NCBI GenBank assembly: GCA_049518955.1
Contig: JBEKRG010000003.1
Span: 1,443-65,442 of the forward strand
Length of the DNA stretch: 64,000 bases
Source: Terracidiphilus sp.
GTDB taxonomy: Bacteria > Acidobacteriota > Terriglobia > Terriglobales > Acidobacteriaceae
Reading direction: 5' to 3'
Below, piece by piece: positions 50,243 to 57,470 of this stretch. The first letter of the stretch is position 1. Each line of letters starts with the position of its first letter. Position numbers and translations under genes: made by a program. The notes under the pieces were generated by a model. The model searched no databases. It was not told where the DNA came from and was given only the letters and a program-made list of their open reading frames with translations.

Positions 50243-51298
50243 ATGATAGTCTCCGGGCAAAAAACCACAACCCGCCGCCAATTTGTATCTCAATCCGCGC
50301 TTTTGGGCGGCATCTCCCTCGGCCTGAATTCCGTCGCCAGCAACCTGGTCGCCGAAACGGAAACCGCGTTCTCCGCATACCAGCAGCGCCGGCGCGCCGA
50401 TCTCTGGGACCTCCTTGGCGATCTGCCCTGGCAGCATGAACCCAGGCCGCCCAAACTTGTCCGCACTGAAGAGCACGACGGCTACACCCTCGAACGGCTT
50501 GTCCTCGACCTGAATGGGATCGAACCGGTTCCCGCCCTCCTCTTGATTCCCAAGGTGCTGCAGCACCCCGCGCCCGGCGCTCTCTTCATTCACTGGCACG
50601 CAGGAATGTATGACCTGGGTAAGGAACAGCTGCTCAAAGGAACCAGCGTTCAACCCGCCTACGCTCCCGTTTTTGCGGAAATGGGAATCGTCACGCTGGC
50701 CATCGATAGCTGGTGCTTTGGTGAGCGCCAGCACGACACCGACGGCCACCGCGGAGAGGAAGACGCCTTCAAGCTCATGCTCTGGCGCGGCCAGGTGCTC
50801 TGGGGCATGATGATGTTCGACGAGCTCGGGGCCCTCTCTTACCTCGCATCCCGCCCGGAAGTGGATCCGCAAAGGCTCGGCGCGACAGGAATGTCGATGG
50901 GATCCACCAAGACCTGGTGGCTCGCCGCGCTCGATCCCCGCGTCAGATTGGCCATCGATCTTTGTTGCCTCACCGATTTCGATTCGCTCATCGCCGCGCA
51001 CAACCTCAGCGGCCACAGCATTTTCTATTACGTTCCATCGCTGTTGAAGGAATTCGACACCACCGCGATCAACGAGTTGATCGTCCCGCGGCCTCATCTC
51101 AGCGTCAACGGTCGCAAGGATCCTCTCACGCCGCCCGCCGGGGTCGAGAAGATTCGCGATAATCTATTGCCGCTTTACGGTCGGTACGGCCACCAGGAGG
51201 ATTGCCGCATCGAGCTATTCGATTGCACCCACGAAGAAACTCCAGAAATGCGTGGCCTGGTCATCGACTGGATGCGGAGATATCTGGCCGCAGGCTAA
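50243..51298 (+). CDS. Tat-type alpha/beta hydrolase (dienelactone hydrolase/acetyl esterase-like)
   Basis: RRQFV twin-arginine signal, GMSMG nucleophile, GRKD, THE. Confidence 0.85.
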   Translation: MIVSGQKTTTRRQFVSQSALLGGISLGLNSVASNLVAETETAFSAYQQRRRADLWDLLGDLPWQHEPRPPKLVRTEEHDGYTLERLVLDLNGIEPVPALLLIPKVLQHPAPGALFIHWHAGMYDLGKEQLLKGTSVQPAYAPVFAEMGIVTLAIDSWCFGERQHDTDGHRGEEDAFKLMLWRGQVLWGMMMFDELGALSYLASRPEVDPQRLGATGMSMGSTKTWWLAALDPRVRLAIDLCCLTDFDSLIAAHNLSGHSIFYYVPSLLKEFDTTAINELIVPRPHLSVNGRKDPLTPPAGVEKIRDNLLPLYGRYGHQEDCRIELFDCTHEETPEMRGLVIDWMRRYLAAG

Positions 51299-51320
51299 TC
51301 CGATCTTCCCCTTGAGGGCA

Positions 51321-51554
51321 CCGACCCAGCGACCGCAGCGTGATCGACCCCGTCCCTTCCCGCTTTTCCAGTTGGAGGATGGCCGACTCCACGATCCCCA
51401 TCTTTTCCGTCATCTCCTCCATCGGTACGCGCAGCACCTCGTTCGTCGGTTCTTCTTCCCTCGCCGCAAGCGGGTAGGTCGAGAGATCCGCAGTTGTTCT
51501 TCCCGATCTCGACCCCGTCGGGTGTCCTCGGTGAAGAAGTGAAACAAGATTCAT
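51321..51554 (-). pseudogene. Degenerate XRE-type HTH fragment (mobile-mystery-protein-A-like)
   Basis: VPMEEMTEKMGIVESAILQLEKREGTGSITLRSLGR reads as HTH helices 2-4; similarity stops abruptly and the frame runs into the 3' end of the hydrolase gene. Confidence 0.45.
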
Positions 51555-51609
51555 GAAATGAAGCAGTTAAAGAGTGAAAATGCACCGGTTGCAAAAGAGC
51601 AGGTCGCGC

Positions 51610-51704
51610 GTTGATTCCAAAGGAGTTGTTTGGCATAAATGCGGCACAATTAGGTGCATCTTTTCGACAATTCTGAGAATGGTTGGTTGATTCTAAACGA
51701 GTTA
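51610..51704. repeat. Two 19-bp imperfect direct repeats 76 bp apart
   Basis: GTTGATTCCAAAGGAGTTG (51610-51628) and GTTGATTCTAAACGAGTTA (51686-51704), 16/19 identical. Confidence 0.6.
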
Positions 51705-51741
51705 AGTGGCGAAAATTCAGCGAAACATACTAAATATTTTC

Positions 51742-52131
51742 TTATATCTTTTTCTTCTTTTCGGATTTTTCCCGCTTGCGCTCGTGGATGTGGTTCGGAT
51801 TGTGGTAGATAGTGGACAAAGCAATCCGAGCGTCGGCCAGGCAATGCGTGGCTTCATTGTGCGTGACGACGCCCGTCATGGAAGCGTAGTTAATGCAGGC
51901 GATGAAGTCGCAGATGTTCCTGTAGCCGGAAAGCGAAGGCATGGCCTCGAGATAGGCTTTCTTGCCGGCCTTTTCGCAGTCCCGATCCGATGAGTCCTCA
52001 TCTTCAGCTTGCTCGTTATGGGCGCAGTTCCACGCGCTCATACCAATGTCGATGACCTGTTTGCCGGAGTCATTAGAAGGGGTTTGAGGCACGGCTGCGG
52101 TCGTGATTGCGGTAATGGCTTTGTATGCCAT
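51742..52131 (-). CDS. Hypothetical protein (129 aa)
   Basis: AAGGGG SD, helical core AYLEAMPSLSGYRNICDFIAC, Lys-rich tail. Confidence 0.65.
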   Translation of the reverse strand: MAYKAITAITTAAVPQTPSNDSGKQVIDIGMSAWNCAHNEQAEDEDSSDRDCEKAGKKAYLEAMPSLSGYRNICDFIACINYASMTGVVTHNEATHCLADARIALSTIYHNPNHIHERKREKSEKKKKI

Positions 52132-52502
52132 GAAGAATCCCCTTTCATCTTCAAGGCTAGCGATTTCGGCGAATTAATCGGCAAACTTGGGCAGATTTAT
52201 TTGCAGAGCGTAAGGGATGGAGGGGGAAGGGTTTAGTGCATGGGCGAACTCGTTTTGTCGGAGGTTGACTATTGACAGCGGAAATCAGGGGCGGGTCTTA
52301 GTGTGTTCTTTGTGACGATAGAGAACGTCCCGTCTGTCCCCGGGTTCCAATCGTTGCTGATCGCCAGGGCTCCGACTTAAAGGGGAAAAATGCTCGGCCA
52401 AACAGGCTATGCCTTGGCACTTGGCGACAGCGGTTTTCATTGACGGGACCTTGTTTGCACGATTATGCTTCCACCTAAAATTTCTCCCCCGTGGAGGTTC
52501 AC

Positions 52503-53138
52503 ATGTTGCCTCGGGCCTTGGCTGCGGTGTTGGCGCTTGCCTGGTTCACCTGCCGCGCTCAAACACCTGCCAGTCAGACTCGGGCCACCATCCCCTCTGT
52601 TGACGAAGCGATTCATGGCCTGTCGGTCCAGAGGGATAACGCCAAGCAGTATGTTCAGCTCGCGCGCGAGATCAAAGATCCGTCGGCGCGGGAGCAGGCG
52701 TGGCTGCTCTATAGTGAGGCCCGCGCGCAGTACAACGCCTTCATCGACGACATTGCCACTGGGATCGACATCGGGGGCAAGAACGAGAGTGAGGCGATGA
52801 AGCATGCGAACGACGCATACCACGCCGGGGCAACCTTCCAGCAATATGTGGAGACGCAGCGCGCCGCGCAGTCCCAGGACCATATGGGCGCGACGCCGCT
52901 CTCGGTTCTGCTGCCGGTGGGCAAGAGGCTTCTCGACGCCTTCCTTGGAATCACGCTGAAGCCCCCGGCCGCCGACACCAAAAAGCTGAACCTGATCAGC
53001 CGGGTAGAGGGCTACAAGTGGCCCGAGTGGCCCACATCGAATGTTGATCTATCTCCGGATACACCGATAGCGTCCCCAGGGACCGCCGTCCAGCCTACCA
53101 AGCCACCGACGCCAGACTCCGACCATCAGGGCCCATAG
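52503..53138 (+). CDS. Secreted, probably helical, hypothetical protein
   Basis: GGAGGT SD before ATG 52503, signal peptide ending CRA-Q, amphipathic helices, YKWPEW, Pro-rich tail. Confidence 0.7.
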   Translation: MLPRALAAVLALAWFTCRAQTPASQTRATIPSVDEAIHGLSVQRDNAKQYVQLAREIKDPSAREQAWLLYSEARAQYNAFIDDIATGIDIGGKNESEAMKHANDAYHAGATFQQYVETQRAAQSQDHMGATPLSVLLPVGKRLLDAFLGITLKPPAADTKKLNLISRVEGYKWPEWPTSNVDLSPDTPIASPGTAVQPTKPPTPDSDHQGP

Positions 53139-54501
53139 ACACGGCGGGTCCGCGCACCAGTCCCATGCTGCTGATCTGAATGGAGCAGAAGGCGGCGAAG
53201 GGCCGTCCGTCGAGCCGGTTGGACGAGGTGAAGGTGACGCTGGCGATGTAGGGTCCGTGCATGGTGAAGGTGTTTTCGGGGACTGCGCCCTTTTCTGCAG
53301 GGAAGGGCGGGATGTAGCGGATGAGATCCTCTCCGACGGGCTTGTCCTGAGGTATTTCCCGGCCATTCGGGTCGAAGGCGTGCGCCTCCCAGGAGGGATG
53401 GGTGATGCCGTTGCGGCTCTCGGCAAGCAGGCGGACGCGCGAAAAGGCGAACTGCTTGAGCGGCGGCGAGAAGTGCAGCGTGTATGACACGGATTCCACC
53501 TGATTGCAGGTGTCTCCGTCCTGATGGAGGATGATGGCTGCGCCGTTCTCTGAAAATCCCGAATAGACAACGCCTGGCTTCATGAGGCCAATGTGCGTTC
53601 CGGACGTGACGTTGTCGATGGTGATGCCGTATTTGGCGAGGTAGGGTGCGGCCGGGACGTCCTGCTGCCCGGGCTGAGCAATGAAATCCGGCCCGGCGTT
53701 CACGGCCTCGTGAAAGTCAATGTACTGAATGGGACTGTCCGGCGGGATGAGATAGGTGTAAGGGGGAACGGTGCCGAAGGTGACCGGATCGGCTGGGGGA
53801 TCTCCGTTTCTGGCGTCGTCATTGACTGTGCTGAAGATGGCTTCTACGTTCCAGACCTGACCGGCGGCGCCCTGGCGACTCATAGCGGCGAGCAGGTCAG
53901 GGACATAGGTGCTGGTGGCGTGGGCCAGTTCGCCGGAGCGTGTGGAGAAGGCGAGGTATTCGTTCCGGCCCGGTTCGGGCATGGGATAATTACTCGCGCC
54001 GGGGACGGCATCTGCGGAAGAACGGCAAGCGTTCACCACCACGACGGCGGCTTTGGCGTGGCGAGCTTCGAGGCGATCGAGGATGTCGGTCTTGAGCACA
54101 ATGCAGCACGAGCCCATGGAGTCGCCGGTCGCTGCGTCGACGGGTACCAAAAGACCCTCGACGCCGTGGCCGCTGTAGAAAACCCAGACGAGCGCGCCGG
54201 AGGGCACCTCGTCGATGAACCCTTTCAGCGCCTGCCGCATGGCTCCGATGTTCTGGTTGAGCAGCGGCCCTCCACCATAGACGCTAAAACCGAGAACACG
54301 CAGAGTTGAGGCCATTTGCATTGCCTGATCGAGGATGGCGGAGGGCAGCTTCGGCCAGAGACTGGTGTCCTGGTAATCGGCGTTGCCGATGACGATAGCG
54401 TAGCGAGGCTCGGGAGGGGCGGGCGGGGTCCAGGACTGGGCCGTTCCGAGGGGAGCGACCGCAAGCAGGGAGGCGCAGAGCGCCCGGACGCTGGTGTACA
54501 T
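53095..54501 (-). CDS. Secreted caspase-like (peptidase C14) protein with C-terminal beta-rich domain
   Basis: Signal peptide, YAIVIGNADY, FYSGHG (His), VVVVNACR (Cys), AFSTRSGELA. Confidence 0.82.
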   Translation of the reverse strand: MYTSVRALCASLLAVAPLGTAQSWTPPAPPEPRYAIVIGNADYQDTSLWPKLPSAILDQAMQMASTLRVLGFSVYGGGPLLNQNIGAMRQALKGFIDEVPSGALVWVFYSGHGVEGLLVPVDAATGDSMGSCCIVLKTDILDRLEARHAKAAVVVVNACRSSADAVPGASNYPMPEPGRNEYLAFSTRSGELAHATSTYVPDLLAAMSRQGAAGQVWNVEAIFSTVNDDARNGDPPADPVTFGTVPPYTYLIPPDSPIQYIDFHEAVNAGPDFIAQPGQQDVPAAPYLAKYGITIDNVTSGTHIGLMKPGVVYSGFSENGAAIILHQDGDTCNQVESVSYTLHFSPPLKQFAFSRVRLLAESRNGITHPSWEAHAFDPNGREIPQDKPVGEDLIRYIPPFPAEKGAVPENTFTMHGPYIASVTFTSSNRLDGRPFAAFCSIQISSMGLVRGPAVSMGPDGRSLASVAW

Positions 54502-54844
54502 GGCGGATCTCCGGGGACGTGAGTCAAGGTCTGGGCAGCATCTTGCGCCTGGGGCGGAAGATCAGGCAAGGGAAAAATCGCGTCCACGCTCTCGGAACTG
54601 ATAATGGCCCCCAGCGACACCCGTGGGAAAATGATTTCAGCCTGCGGCCCATGCGCTGCGCGGGTTCTCCTGCCGTGCCCTCGTTACAAGGAAATGCGCC
54701 GCGTGGGCGGGCACCCGGTTCCCGACAGAGTCGGCGGACCCCGATAATCTGATTAACTGTGCATCATACTTGCCGAACCGGTCACCGCGCTCATTGCGCA
54801 CCATCCATCGATTGCTACCGGTTAAACTGAACTCCAGCTAAGCC

Positions 54845-55516
54845 ATGAAAGATTCGATCCACGTTTCGAAAGAGAACTACCTCAAGGCCATTCTTGAAGC
54901 CGAGGCCGAAGGCCGCCAGGTGATTCCCGCAATGCTCGCGCATTGGCTTGAAGTCTCCGCGCCCGCCGTCACCATGGCGCTTAAGCGGCTCAAACGCGAT
55001 GGCTGCGTCAAGGTGGGCGATGACGGCATTGTGCGCCTCACAGCGGCTGGCCGCGAGATGGCTTACCACACCGCGCTGCGGCACCATCTAATTGAGCGCA
55101 TGTTGAGCGAGGTCTTCGGCATGGAGTGGCACGAGATTCACGAGGAAGCCGAGCGGCTGGAGCACGCGGTTTCGCCGGCCTTCGAAGCCAAGCTCAAAGA
55201 GAAGCTGGGCGAGGGCGGCGCCTGCCCGCACGGGAACTCCGTTCTTCCACTCAACCCGGCCGAAAGGAAAAAGAGGGGCGAAATGCAGCTCTCCCAGGCC
55301 GCCGCAGGCAAGCGCTACACCGTCATCAGCCTCCAGGAGCGCGATCCCAAGCTGCTCGAGTTTCTGCATGCCGCGGGCGTCGGGCCCGGCAAGAGTCTCC
55401 GCGTTACGAGCCAAAATTACGACCAAACTGTTTTGATTGACCTGCCTACAGGAAGCACCATTCTCGGCCGTCCGGCCGCCGAGGCGGTTTGGTTACGTCC
55501 GGAACGTTCATCGTAA
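54845..55516 (+). CDS. mntR: DtxR/MntR-family metal-dependent repressor with FeoA-like C-terminus
   Basis: ENYLKAI, VSAPAVTMALKRL, RHHLIERML, EAERLEH, CPHG. EAExLEH resembles the SloR/ScaR/TroR Mn-sensing subgroup. Confidence 0.88.
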   Translation: MKDSIHVSKENYLKAILEAEAEGRQVIPAMLAHWLEVSAPAVTMALKRLKRDGCVKVGDDGIVRLTAAGREMAYHTALRHHLIERMLSEVFGMEWHEIHEEAERLEHAVSPAFEAKLKEKLGEGGACPHGNSVLPLNPAERKKRGEMQLSQAAAGKRYTVISLQERDPKLLEFLHAAGVGPGKSLRVTSQNYDQTVLIDLPTGSTILGRPAAEAVWLRPERSS

Positions 55517-55517
55517 T

Positions 55518-55565
55518 TTAATCTAAAAGAAAAGATTAACCATACTTAACAAACTGTGGCATACT
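55518..55565 (+). promoter_or_regulatory. Candidate metalloregulator operator and extended -10 of the NRAMP-like operon
   Basis: TTAATCT-N8-AGATTAA IR (55518-55539), ATTAACCATACTTAA (55535-55549), TG-g-CATACT (55557-55565). Confidence 0.5.
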
Positions 55566-55746
55566 GGAGTTGAGGGGTGCTCGCGGCCTCTCAAGCGAAT
55601 GCCGCACTGTGACGGTTGCGCGCTGCCCGAGTTCTCTCCGGCGGAGCCAATGGAGCATGCACCGCGTTCGCGTTGGTCCGTTCTGCAAATGTTCACGTAA
55701 ACCGAAAAGAATTCCGCACCCAGAGTTGCCGAGGAATGCCAGGCCG

Positions 55747-57126
55747 ATGAATGCCAGCACAAAAATCGGTCCAGACCCTCCCATCGCAGTCGACGAAGTG
55801 GTCGTCACGCATGAGGACATGGATCGCGCTTACGACCGCTCGCGCGTGAGCGCGGCACGACGCTCGCCGGGATTGCGCGCGCACGTGTCGCTCCTTTGGC
55901 TGCTGGTGGGGCCGGGCATCCTTGTCATGCTGGGTGAGAACGACGGCCCGAGCATGCTTTCCTATGCCGCGACGGGCGCGAAGTTCGGCATCGGCTTTTT
56001 CCTTCCATTCGTGGCGCTCACTTTTGTGATGGCGCTGGTGGTTCAGGAGATGACGGTTCGGCTGGGCGCGGCCACTCATCGCGGCCACGCAGAGCTGATC
56101 TTCGAGCGGTTCGGCCCCTTCTGGGGCTGGTTCTCGATGATCGATCTCAGCTTAGGGAACTTTCTCACGCTGGTCACCGAGTTCATTGCTATCCGCGCCG
56201 GGTTCGGCTACTTCGGCGTGCCGCCGTGGGCCGCGGTTCTGGTGGCGCTCGTGGTGCTCTTTTCCGCGCTGCTGAGCCACCGCTACTGGACGTGGGAGCG
56301 CGTGACCCTGGCAGCCGCCGCATGCAACCTGGTCTTCGTGCCCATTGCTCTGATGGCTCACCCGCAATGGGGCGCGATTGGCCACGCAATGCTCACATGG
56401 ACGCCTATGCCTCACGCGAGCCAGGAGACTTTGCTGATCCTGCTCTCCGACATCGGCGCCACCGTCACACCGTGGATGCTTTTCTTCCAGCAGAGCGCCA
56501 CTGTGGACAAGGGCCTGACGACGAAAGACATTCGATTCGGGCGCATCGACACAGTGCTGGGCGCGGGGCTGGCCGCACTGGCTGCGCTCGGCGCAATCAT
56601 CGCCACCGCGCCGCTCTTTGGCCACATTGGGGCGGCCAATTTCGCGGCGGCGCAGTTCGCGCAGGCGCTGGAGCCGATCGTGGGGCACATCGGTTCGTCG
56701 CTGTTTGCGCTGGGGATGATCGAAGCCGGCATTGTTGCGTCGATCACCATTTCCACATCGTCGGCCTACGCATTCGGCGAGGTTGCGCGCCAGCCACACA
56801 GCCTGAATCTCCCGGTGAATCAGGGCAAGTCGTTTTACTTCGTGCTCTGTTTTTGTGCCGCGGCGGCGGCGGCCATCGTTCTGATTCCGAACCTGCCGCT
56901 CACCTTCGTGGTGCTTGTCGTGAATGTGGTTGCAGTTCTCGCCATGCCGCCGGCGCTGGTGTTCCTTTATCTGCTGGTCAACGACCCGCAAATCATGGGC
57001 GACGTGCGCAGCCCGCGGTGGGCTAATGTGCTTGCGGCGGGAGTTGTCGTGTTGCTCACGGCCGCCGGCGTGCTCTTCGGAATCAGCGTCGTCTTCCCGC
57101 GGGCGTTCGCGTGGCTGGGGAGCTAA
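55747..57126 (+). CDS. NRAMP/SLC11-related divalent metal transporter, NRMT (Mg/Mn)-like
   Basis: GPGILVMLGENDGPS, QEMTVRLG, GATVTPWMLFFQQS; about 11 TMs; start trimmed to ATG 55747. Confidence 0.88.
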   Translation: MNASTKIGPDPPIAVDEVVVTHEDMDRAYDRSRVSAARRSPGLRAHVSLLWLLVGPGILVMLGENDGPSMLSYAATGAKFGIGFFLPFVALTFVMALVVQEMTVRLGAATHRGHAELIFERFGPFWGWFSMIDLSLGNFLTLVTEFIAIRAGFGYFGVPPWAAVLVALVVLFSALLSHRYWTWERVTLAAAACNLVFVPIALMAHPQWGAIGHAMLTWTPMPHASQETLLILLSDIGATVTPWMLFFQQSATVDKGLTTKDIRFGRIDTVLGAGLAALAALGAIIATAPLFGHIGAANFAAAQFAQALEPIVGHIGSSLFALGMIEAGIVASITISTSSAYAFGEVARQPHSLNLPVNQGKSFYFVLCFCAAAAAAIVLIPNLPLTFVVLVVNVVAVLAMPPALVFLYLLVNDPQIMGDVRSPRWANVLAAGVVVLLTAAGVLFGISVVFPRAFAWLGS

Positions 57127-57135
57127 GGGGATCGA

Positions 57136-57342
57136 ATGGACGAATCAAAGCACATCACCGAAGAAGAAGTTGGCTGGGTTCTCCAGAACCTTGACCGGGA
57201 TCAGCTCGTCCAGGAGAAATCCGCGCCAGTTCCGCGCCGGCAACTGCGCGGCGGCGAGTTGTTGCTCGTATGGGCTCTGCGCATCTACCTGATCTTTATG
57301 ATGGCCGTCGTCTTGTGGCAGGCGTGGACTGCTGTGCGGTAG
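57136..57342 (+). CDS. Small single-TM protein (68 aa) in the NRAMP operon
   Basis: Starts 9 nt after the transporter stop with a GGGGA SD; C-terminal TM LLLVWALRIYLIFMMAVVLWQAW. Confidence 0.75.
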   Translation: MDESKHITEEEVGWVLQNLDRDQLVQEKSAPVPRRQLRGGELLLVWALRIYLIFMMAVVLWQAWTAVR

Positions 57343-57470
57343 GAGGCCGTAGCTTGAAAACGGCGCGGCTGCTGCTCAACAGCGTTCTCCATGTGGATTG
57401 ATTCGTCTGTCGGTGTGGTGGCGGCTAATTCTCCGAGGGCATCCCCATACTTCCCTGGAGGTTCAAAGCA

